Positions 9,874-19,405 of a DNA stretch of 64,000 nucleotides are shown piece by piece. The notes under the pieces are model-generated. The model did no database searches, was not told where the DNA came from, and worked only from the letters and a program-made list of their open reading frames with translations. A program made the position numbers and the translations under genes. The DNA is from an uncultured Gammaproteobacteria bacterium (GTDB lineage Bacteria; Patescibacteriota; Microgenomatia; Levybacterales; UBA12049). Within the stretch, counting starts at the first letter, position 1. Each line of letters opens with the position of its first letter. The stretch spans positions 16,892-80,891 of the forward strand of contig CAZKJM010000001.1 of the NCBI GenBank assembly GCA_964553245.1, read 5' to 3'.

Positions 9874-10380
9874 ATGGAAATTATTAAAGAATTTGGATTA
9901 GACCCAATATTATTGGGAGCTCAGGTTATAAACTTTTTAATAATTCTTTTTCTGTTAAAAAAATTTTTATACAAACCTCTTCTTGAAATGCTAAGTAAAC
10001 GTGAAGATGCAATAAAAGAAGGTATAAAACAGGCGGAAGAAGGAAGATTAACTTTGGAAAGAGCTCTTGACGAAGAAAAAAATATATTAAAACTTGCACA
10101 AAACCAAGCAAGGAAGATATTGTCAGAATCAAGAGAACAAGCATATATTTCCTCTAAGCAAATCGAGGAAACAACAAGAAAACAGGCAGAAAAAATACTG
10201 TCTGAAGCCAGAGATCAAATAACAGAGGAAACAAAACAGGCAGAAAAAATACTTTCTGAAAAAGTATTTGAACTATCATCTGAGCTTGTTAAAAAAACAT
10301 TAAATGAACTCATATCCGAAAAAGATGAAAAAATGCTCATAGAAAAGGCAATTAGAAAATTAAAAGATAAAAATGAATAA
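9874..10380 (+). CDS. atpF: F0F1 ATP synthase subunit b
   Basis: Single N-terminal TM followed by a long charged helix. Operon position. Confidence 0.8.
   Translation: MEIIKEFGLDPILLGAQVINFLIILFLLKKFLYKPLLEMLSKREDAIKEGIKQAEEGRLTLERALDEEKNILKLAQNQARKILSESREQAYISSKQIEETTRKQAEKILSEARDQITEETKQAEKILSEKVFELSSELVKKTLNELISEKDEKMLIEKAIRKLKDKNE
10105..10263 (+). repeat. Three imperfect in-frame tandem copies (~39-45 nt) inside atpF encoding QA(R/E)KILSE(S/A)R(E/D)Q
   Basis: aaacaggcagaaaaaatact recurs at 10180 and 10234. A related copy, caagcaaggaagatattgtcagaatcaagagaacaagca, lies at 10105. Confidence 0.45.
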
Positions 10381-10729
10381 ATCAGATTTAAAAAACCTAG
10401 CTTTGGCAAGTTACAAAAACAATGAGTTATCATGGAAAAGGATAAGTAAAATTATTAAGCATCTTAATAAACCCGAACTAAGACATTACATAAAACTTCT
10501 TAAGATGCTTGAAAAACAAAAAACAATATCGATTATTTTACCAAAAACAACTTTAAAGCAAAGAAATGATGTTATAAAAAAATTTGCAAAGATTTACAAA
10601 AATAAAAAAATAGACATTTTGGAAAATAAAGATATGGTTTTAGGGATAAAGATTATTGATAATGATCTGATTTATGAATATAATCTTAATCACACATTAA
10701 ATAATATAAAAGATCAAATAATTAGATGA
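10373..10729 (+). CDS. atpH: Short ATP synthase delta (OSCP)-like subunit, 118 aa
   Basis: Sits in the canonical position between atpF and atpA. About 60 aa shorter than a typical delta subunit. Assignment is by position and weak C-terminal OSCP similarity. Confidence 0.55.
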   Translation: MNKSDLKNLALASYKNNELSWKRISKIIKHLNKPELRHYIKLLKMLEKQKTISIILPKTTLKQRNDVIKKFAKIYKNKKIDILENKDMVLGIKIIDNDLIYEYNLNHTLNNIKDQIIR

Positions 10730-10733
10730 GCTT

Positions 10734-12260
10734 ATGATAAATGGCGATAAAATTATAGAAAAACTGGAAGAAAAACTAAAAAGTTATTCGATTAATCCGA
10801 AGGTAGAAAACATAGGAATGGTTGAAAAAAATAACGACGGGGTAATTATTGCCTCCGGTTTATCTAAAGCATTTATGGGAGAAATGGTTGAATTCGAAGA
10901 TAAAACAACAGGAATGATTTTAAACTTGGATGAAGATACTGTTTCTATAATACTGCTTGGGTCTGGAGAAAATATTAAAGAAGGTTCAATGGTAAAAAGA
11001 ACGGAAACTATGCTTTCTATAAATGTATCCGAAGATTTAATAGGACGAGTTGTAAACCCATTAGGAGAAAGCTTAGATGGAAAAGGTAAAATAAAAAAAG
11101 GCAGGAATATGCCTCTTGAAAAAATCGCAGAGGGGGTTGTAGAAAGAGAACCAGTTAATATGCCTCTTAAAACCGGAATAAAAGCAATTGATTCAATGAC
11201 GCCAATTGGAAGAGGGCAAAGAGAATTAATTATAGGAGATCGGGGTCTTGGAAAAACAGCAATTGCAATCGACACAATCATTAATCAAAAACAAAGTACT
11301 GAATCGGAAAAATTACCAAAAACAATATGTATTTATGTTGCAATTGGTCAAAAACAAAGTAGAATTGCGCAGATCGTAGAGAAACTAAAAGAATCGGAAG
11401 CGCTTCCCTACACCATTATTGTTAACGCATCTGCATCTGACCCGGTTGCCTTACAATATCTTGCGCCTTACGCAGGTTCAGCAATCGCAGAATACTTTAT
11501 GGAAAAAGGACAAGATGCGCTAGTAATATACGACGACTTAACAAAACACGCATGGGCTTATAGACAAATTTCGCTTGTTTTAAAAAGACCCGCGGGAAGA
11601 GAAGCCTATCCAGGAGACATATTTTATCTCCATAGCCGACTACTAGAGCGTGCAGTAAAATTAAATAAAGCGCTCGGAGGAGGATCAATAACAGCATTAC
11701 CCATAATCGAAACTCAAGCAAATGATTTATCTGCATATATTCCAACTAACGTTATATCTATAACCGACGGACAAATATATTTACAAGCAGACCTATTTAA
11801 CAGTGGAATGAGACCGGCAATTGATGCGGGAAACTCAGTATCAAGAGTCGGTGGATCAGCTCAAACTGCCGCTATAAAATCAATATCGGGGAAGTTAAGA
11901 ATAGAACTTGCACAATACAGAGAACTTGCAGTATTCGCTCAGTTTGGAAGCGAACTGGATGAAGCAACTTCAAAACAACTTGAAAGAGGAAAAAGATTAA
12001 TCGAGATTTTAAAACAGCCCCAATATCAACCACTCTCAGGGGCTCTTGAGTATTTAAGTCTTTGGGCTGTAACAAATGGATATCTAGACGACGTAATTGT
12101 GGAAAACGTTCAAAAATTTGAAAAAGAGTACCATGAATATTTTAAAACAAGACAACAGAAAGTATTAAATATACTTGCTAAAGGAGAAAAACTTACACCC
12201 GAAACCATAAAGATTATAGAAAAAGCAACATTGGAATTTAAGAAAGGATTTACCGCTTAA
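10734..12260 (+). CDS. atpA: F0F1 ATP synthase alpha subunit
   Basis: Walker A GDRGLGKTAIAIDTI. 508 aa. Confidence 0.95.
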   Translation: MINGDKIIEKLEEKLKSYSINPKVENIGMVEKNNDGVIIASGLSKAFMGEMVEFEDKTTGMILNLDEDTVSIILLGSGENIKEGSMVKRTETMLSINVSEDLIGRVVNPLGESLDGKGKIKKGRNMPLEKIAEGVVEREPVNMPLKTGIKAIDSMTPIGRGQRELIIGDRGLGKTAIAIDTIINQKQSTESEKLPKTICIYVAIGQKQSRIAQIVEKLKESEALPYTIIVNASASDPVALQYLAPYAGSAIAEYFMEKGQDALVIYDDLTKHAWAYRQISLVLKRPAGREAYPGDIFYLHSRLLERAVKLNKALGGGSITALPIIETQANDLSAYIPTNVISITDGQIYLQADLFNSGMRPAIDAGNSVSRVGGSAQTAAIKSISGKLRIELAQYRELAVFAQFGSELDEATSKQLERGKRLIEILKQPQYQPLSGALEYLSLWAVTNGYLDDVIVENVQKFEKEYHEYFKTRQQKVLNILAKGEKLTPETIKIIEKATLEFKKGFTA

Positions 12261-12261
12261 A

Positions 12262-14536
<2,275 letters not shown>

Positions 14537-14544
14537 ATCTATTT

Positions 14545-14973
14545 ATGACAACACTTCTTGAGATAATTACCCCAACGAAGTTAATATTACGTGAAGAAGT
14601 TGAAGAAGTAATCGTACCTACGCTTGATGGAGAAATCGCAATACTCCCAAACCACATCAAACTCTTAACTATGATTACTAATGGAGAATTGATTGTTAAA
14701 AAAAATAGTAAATCAACCTCCTATGCAATTACAGGAGGTTTTCTTGAAGTAGAAAATAATATCGTAAAAATATTAGCAGACTATGCCATTAGAGCAGATG
14801 ACATTGAATTGGCAAAAGTTCAAGAAGCTCACGAAAGAGCAAAAAAACTTATGGAAGAAAGAAGAGGTAAAGAAAATTTTGCATTCGCGGAATCAGAATT
14901 AAAAAGATCTCTCCTGGAATTAAAGCTCGCAAAAAAATATAAACCCAAATTGTCAAACAAATTCACTTCGTAA
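14545..14973 (+). CDS. atpC: F0F1 ATP synthase epsilon subunit
   Basis: 142 aa. Beta-sandwich N-terminus LDGEIAILPNH and helical C-terminus. Last gene of the operon. Confidence 0.85.
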   Translation: MTTLLEIITPTKLILREEVEEVIVPTLDGEIAILPNHIKLLTMITNGELIVKKNSKSTSYAITGGFLEVENNIVKILADYAIRADDIELAKVQEAHERAKKLMEERRGKENFAFAESELKRSLLELKLAKKYKPKLSNKFTS

Positions 14974-14975
14974 AT

Positions 14976-15004
14976 TTGCCAATTATAAGGAAATTTCATA
15001 CAAT
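14976..15004 (+). promoter_or_regulatory. Promoter for tRNA-Thr (TTGCCA-N17-TACAAT); TSS ~1-2 nt before the mature tRNA 5' end
   Basis: TTGCCA at 14976-14981. TACAAT at 14999-15004. tRNA begins at 15013. Confidence 0.45.
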
Positions 15005-15012
15005 TCTAATAT

Positions 15013-15083
15013 GCCGATATAGCTTAACGGCAGAGCAGCGGTTTCGTAAACCGTCGACGACAGTTCGATTCTGTCTATCGGCT
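15013..15083 (+). tRNA. tRNA-Thr(CGU): tRNA-Thr, anticodon CGU, no encoded CCA
   Basis: Cloverleaf folded by hand. Acceptor GCCGATA/TATCGGC. D-arm GCTT-AACGGCA-GAGC. Anticodon arm GCGGT-TTCGTAA-ACCGT. T-arm GACAG-TTCGATT-CTGTC. Discriminator T. Confidence 0.8.
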
Positions 15084-15087
15084 CAAA

Positions 15088-15795
15088 ATGAAAAGAACAA
15101 GACTATCTAGAAGATTAGAAAGAAAAACAAAAAAAACCTTTTTTTTAATGGCAATTACTATAATTGCCGTTTTGATTGCTTTTTTTAAATTTGGAATTCC
15201 TCTATTAATAAATGTAAGCTTATTTATATCTGGTATCGGTAAGAGTAATGAGATTGTTAAAAATGAACAAAAAAATTATATTGCTCCACCAACTATTAAT
15301 CCTTTAATTAGCGCAACAAATAGTGCGGAAATAAAAATAACCGGAAACGCGTTTAAAGATCAAAATATTTCTCTTTATGTAAACAACCGTTTTATTGAAT
15401 CAAATAAAACAAATGAAAAAGGTGAGTTTAGCTTTGAATATGTTTTGGAAAAGGGAGAAAATGAAATAAAAATAAGGGCAAAACAGGGAAATGATCAAAG
15501 TGACTTTTCACCTAGTCAAACTGTAAACTATATCAATAACCAACCTACTCTTGATATTAACACGCCAACAGACGGTCAAAATTTTTCGAAAGATAATAAA
15601 ACAGTAGAAGTTACAGGTAAAACAGATCCAGATGTGATAGTGACCGTAAATGATTTTATAGCAATATTAGACGAGAATAATAATTTTAAACACATCCTTA
15701 CACTTCGCGACGGTGATAACGAAATTATAGTATCTGCAACAGATCCTGCAGGCAATAAAATACAAAAAACCGTAAAAGTTAAGTATTCTCCGTAA
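15088..15795 (+). CDS. Membrane-anchored surface protein: basic N-terminus, one TM, two tandem bacterial Ig-like (Big-type) domains
   Basis: MKRTRLSRRLERKTKK then TM AITIIAVLIAFF. Two ~80-aa repeats ending ...GENEIKIRA and ...GDNEIIVSATDPAGN (Big_6-like pattern tG..dpdv.VtVn....tvd.nG.f...l.L.dG.N.I.v.AtDaAGN). Begins 4 nt after the tRNA-Thr. Confidence 0.55.
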   Translation: MKRTRLSRRLERKTKKTFFLMAITIIAVLIAFFKFGIPLLINVSLFISGIGKSNEIVKNEQKNYIAPPTINPLISATNSAEIKITGNAFKDQNISLYVNNRFIESNKTNEKGEFSFEYVLEKGENEIKIRAKQGNDQSDFSPSQTVNYINNQPTLDINTPTDGQNFSKDNKTVEVTGKTDPDVIVTVNDFIAILDENNNFKHILTLRDGDNEIIVSATDPAGNKIQKTVKVKYSP

Positions 15796-16975
15796 TGCCA
15801 AGCAATATCCAAAACCATAATAAAAGAGGATAATAGAATAAGCTATTAATAAAAAATCCACTAATTATTAACGCAAATAACGAGCAGATAACTGTAACAT
15901 GTAAATACTTATTTTTTTTACTAGAATAATTTATTGCGTTAATTAAGATTGTCCTAATTAGAATAATGTAAGAAATAAAACCAATAACTCCCGTTGTTGC
16001 TAATATAAACAAAAAGCTATTGTCAGCACCCGACCCCGAATGAGTTATCTCCCACTGAGGTCCCCTTAAGTAACCATATTTATACTGGGAATATCTATAC
16101 GCATTAAACCCAACACCAAATATTGGGTTTTTTGCAAATATTTCAACTGCAGCCGTCGAATTTTTAAGTCTTTCTGTAGATGAAGTAATCCTTAATATAT
16201 TGGTACCTTCAGTTTTAAATGCCCTTGGCGACAAAAACAACATTATTATAAATATTAAAAACACAACAATAACATACTTTGTTTTTTTAATTAAAATTAA
16301 AAAAACAATAATAGAAGTAATCAAAGCTAAGATTGCACTTCTTGAATAGGTTAAATAAACCGCTAAAACAGATAAGAAGAACAGAATAAATAATAAAAAT
16401 TTATGTTTTAATTTATTAAAAGGTATTAAAAACCCTAAGGTAAATATACTAAATAAAGTAAAAAAACACCCAGCGAAATTTGGATCAAAAAAGGAAGAGA
16501 ACATTCTATATAAATGTTCGTCCCAGCCTTTATAATATAAATTTTTAAGACTAGGATAATAAAAGTACTGCATAAATCCTATACCTACTATAATGCTCCC
16601 TGCGTAAAGCATTAATTTTTTTACTTTTAGTTTTGAATTTTTGTCTAACGAAACAGTAATAAAATATAAGTTCGCGTAAATTATCCACCGAATCAAATAA
16701 ATAAACGATACTACTAGAGCTTCTGCTTCGTAATTAAAAATATTTACTAAAAACGATGTCAAACAGGCAATAGCAAATAAAATAATACTCTTGGAAAGTT
16801 TTCCCTTAAACGTATGTTTCTTAGTTATTATTAAAATAATATAAACAATAAAAGCTAAAGCAACTAAAAAATCATTTAAGGTAAAAGTAATATTTTTATA
16901 TAAATTAAATCTTGCAAGTTCAAGAAACGGATAGAACAATAGTAAACAGTAGATTAAATATTTTAATATTGACAT
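15779..16975 (-). CDS. O-antigen ligase-like (Wzy_C/WaaL family) polytopic membrane protein
   Basis: 398 aa, ~10 TM. Periplasmic loop motifs YLTYSRSA and HSGSGADNSFLFILATTGVIG are typical of the Wzy_C ligase/polymerase family. Confidence 0.7.
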   Translation of the reverse strand: MSILKYLIYCLLLFYPFLELARFNLYKNITFTLNDFLVALAFIVYIILIITKKHTFKGKLSKSIILFAIACLTSFLVNIFNYEAEALVVSFIYLIRWIIYANLYFITVSLDKNSKLKVKKLMLYAGSIIVGIGFMQYFYYPSLKNLYYKGWDEHLYRMFSSFFDPNFAGCFFTLFSIFTLGFLIPFNKLKHKFLLFILFFLSVLAVYLTYSRSAILALITSIIVFLILIKKTKYVIVVFLIFIIMLFLSPRAFKTEGTNILRITSSTERLKNSTAAVEIFAKNPIFGVGFNAYRYSQYKYGYLRGPQWEITHSGSGADNSFLFILATTGVIGFISYIILIRTILINAINYSSKKNKYLHVTVICSLFALIISGFFINSLFYYPLLLWFWILLGITENT

Positions 16976-18567
16976 TTTTCTTTCTCTAACGAATATAATT
17001 TTATCAAAGTTTTAGGGTTTTGATATATCATCTTCCAATTCTTAAATCTTTTAGGTATTTCTGAATTTTGAACTGCAATATAATTAAAATAATCTCCCTT
17101 TTTTACCCATGACGAATCAATATAAGGAAAATCAACGTAAAATAGATTGTGAAAGCCAAATAGTAGTACTTTATCGTTCTTAGTTATGTTTTGTTTAAAA
17201 TACAGGTCAGTGTCATAAAAATCTCCGAAACCGTAATCTAAATTATTGGATAAAAACTCATTTTTTGATATTTGCCCAAAAATTACAGGTAAATATTTGG
17301 CATTTGCCAATGTCCGGTAAAAAAGCGAGGAAAAGGTAACCAATATTACGCAGATTATAAGTATTTTTTTAATGTACTTATCTTTAACCAAATTAATTGT
17401 TAATGAACATAAAACTGCAAATCCTCCAGTGTAAGGCAAGGCAAATCTATTCCCTCCGATTTTGTATAATAAAATACTAAAAACGATCGCAAATATAAAA
17501 TATATTGTAAGAATCTTAAAATATTTATTTGATTTTTTGTACATAGTAATAATCAAAGGAAATATAAGAATATAAACAGGATTAATCGGGTCACTTGAAA
17601 AGAGAAAAATGTTAAAAAAGTTGCTAAAAAAACTCTGAATCTGAAAAAAGGAGTAATCTGCATTTAACACGTTACCGATAGGATATATTGGGTTTCCCGT
17701 GTTAAAAAAAGAAAACATTAACCACGGTAAGGGTGGTATCAAGGCAGCCACAAAGTAAGAAATCATTGCCTTGATTATCTCTTTTTTCTTTTGATTACTA
17801 TTATATAAATAATAACCAATTAACAACAAAAATATAAATAAACTTACAAAGGACACAATTTTTGCGGCAATCGCAAGCCCAAGTAGAATTCCGGAAAAAT
17901 ATAACCATATATTCTTTTTGTGTCTAATCCATTTTATAAATGCCCAAAGAGCCACCACTTCATAGAAAGTTCTTCCTAAATCAATATAAGCAGTAATTGA
18001 TTCCCAACCAACGGTTAAACTTGAATAAAAGATCAAGGATGCAATAAGCGACAATTTCCTATCCATAAATTCCCTTGAGAGTCCGTAAATCGCTCCAATA
18101 ACTAATAATCCAAAACCAAGATGAATAAACTTTGGAAACTCTTCAATTCCGGTTGAAAGACCAAAGACATAGAGCATTTCTACTAATTTCGGCATGGCAG
18201 AATAATACAAGAGACCACCGGGAATAAAATAAATTGAATGACTTGAAAGATATATCTTAGGAAGCGTTAAGTGATACCATAATGCATCAAATGATAATTC
18301 AGGACCCAATGCTCCAATTAAATTTACGAATATTTGTATAATTAACAAAATTAACAAATATAGGCTTATTTTATCTTTGTTTAATTGTTTTAAAAGTAAA
18401 AATAAATTGAGTTTAAATAATTTATTATTTCTAGATCTAGTTACAATAAAAACTAATATTGAAAATAATGTCAGAATATAAATATTGACCTGATAAAGAA
18501 TACCCAATAAGCCAAAAATAAAAATTAAATAAGAATAAATTCCAATTGCCACTGCTAAGGAGAACAT
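16963..18567 (-). CDS. Large polytopic GT-C-fold glycosyltransferase-like membrane protein (ArnT/PMT_2-like)
   Basis: 534 aa, >10 TM. First extracytoplasmic loop ELSFDALWYHLTLPKIY...GGLLYYSAMPKL resembles the D-E...KPPL.YW loop of GT39/GT83 enzymes. Confidence 0.55.
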   Translation of the reverse strand: MFSLAVAIGIYSYLIFIFGLLGILYQVNIYILTLFSILVFIVTRSRNNKLFKLNLFLLLKQLNKDKISLYLLILLIIQIFVNLIGALGPELSFDALWYHLTLPKIYLSSHSIYFIPGGLLYYSAMPKLVEMLYVFGLSTGIEEFPKFIHLGFGLLVIGAIYGLSREFMDRKLSLIASLIFYSSLTVGWESITAYIDLGRTFYEVVALWAFIKWIRHKKNIWLYFSGILLGLAIAAKIVSFVSLFIFLLLIGYYLYNSNQKKKEIIKAMISYFVAALIPPLPWLMFSFFNTGNPIYPIGNVLNADYSFFQIQSFFSNFFNIFLFSSDPINPVYILIFPLIITMYKKSNKYFKILTIYFIFAIVFSILLYKIGGNRFALPYTGGFAVLCSLTINLVKDKYIKKILIICVILVTFSSLFYRTLANAKYLPVIFGQISKNEFLSNNLDYGFGDFYDTDLYFKQNITKNDKVLLFGFHNLFYVDFPYIDSSWVKKGDYFNYIAVQNSEIPKRFKNWKMIYQNPKTLIKLYSLEKEKCQY

Positions 18568-18661
18568 AAATTCTAAATATACCTATTCAATCCTTTATTA
18601 ATAATATTAATTACGTAAGTAATTAAAATAAGAATTGCCCATAATAAAAATGATATTCTTG

Positions 18662-19405
18662 CTATTCTTTTTTCCATAACATCCATAACTTACCACGAAC
18701 AAGAAAGGAATGCATGCTCATCATTACAGCAAGCATTAAGCCCCTTATTCCATCAAAAATACCAAGTAAGAAAATATAATCTTTAATAAATTTACCCAAA
18801 GGATAAAGGAAAATTAAAAATGAATTTGTTTTAATCTTGTTTTCGAATAACTCATTCGCTCTAATCTCGGTATAAAAATTAATTTCTTTAAGAAACTCAT
18901 TTATTGTTTGATGTGGAAAATGAATTATTGGGTTATTAAGTTTTCCAATTTTACCCTTTACTTTTAGCACTTCGTGAATCTTTCCATTAAATGTTCCACT
19001 ATCTTTTTTAAAAAACCTTATTAATGAAATATTCCCTTGCTCTCCATATTTGATTTTTTTCCCCCATATAACATCTGTTCTTTTTAAAGAATATGCATCT
19101 TTATCTGATTTAAAATCTAAAATTCCCAAAATTTCATTTCTAAGTTCTTCGGGTATTCTTTCATCTGCATCAACAATTAATATCCACTCTGAGTCAACCT
19201 TACTTACTCCATAGTTTCTTTGCAAAGAAAAGTCGTTATTGAGATTTCTTTTATATACCGTAGCACCATTTGCTTTAGCGATTTGTACAGTATCATCGGT
19301 AGAATAATCATCTATAACTATTATTTTATCTGTCCAATTAAGGCTTTTTATGCACTCCTTAATATTATTCTCTTCGTTTTTAGTAAGAATTATTGATGTA
19401 ATCAT
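18662..19405 (-). CDS. Glycosyltransferase family 2 (small soluble GT-A, DxD = DADE)
   Basis: ILTKNEENNI...VIDDYSTDDT...IVDADE is a GT2 N-terminal signature. 247 aa. Confidence 0.75.
   Translation of the reverse strand: MITSIILTKNEENNIKECIKSLNWTDKIIVIDDYSTDDTVQIAKANGATVYKRNLNNDFSLQRNYGVSKVDSEWILIVDADERIPEELRNEILGILDFKSDKDAYSLKRTDVIWGKKIKYGEQGNISLIRFFKKDSGTFNGKIHEVLKVKGKIGKLNNPIIHFPHQTINEFLKEINFYTEIRANELFENKIKTNSFLIFLYPLGKFIKDYIFLLGIFDGIRGLMLAVMMSMHSFLVRGKLWMLWKKE

Noticed and set aside
10105-10263. Regularly spaced repeats that could be a mini CRISPR array
   Set aside because: The repeats are in-frame and imperfect, and lie inside atpF, encoding a repeated helical peptide. There is no spacer/repeat architecture and no cas genes.
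10784-11281. 165-aa minus-strand ORF inside atpA, plus similar antisense ORFs inside dnaE (6322-7068), ftsZ (50863-51646), ileS (48520-49380) and atpD (13486-13890)
   Set aside because: Each lies entirely within a highly conserved housekeeping gene on the opposite strand. Their sequences are low-complexity with no motifs. They are antisense artefacts of AT-rich sequence.
18618-18640. Inverted repeat TTAATTAC-gtaa-GTAATTAA between the GT-C and GT2 genes
   Set aside because: An 8-bp, almost pure A/T stem. Such palindromes arise by chance at this base composition. It is not convincingly a terminator or an operator.
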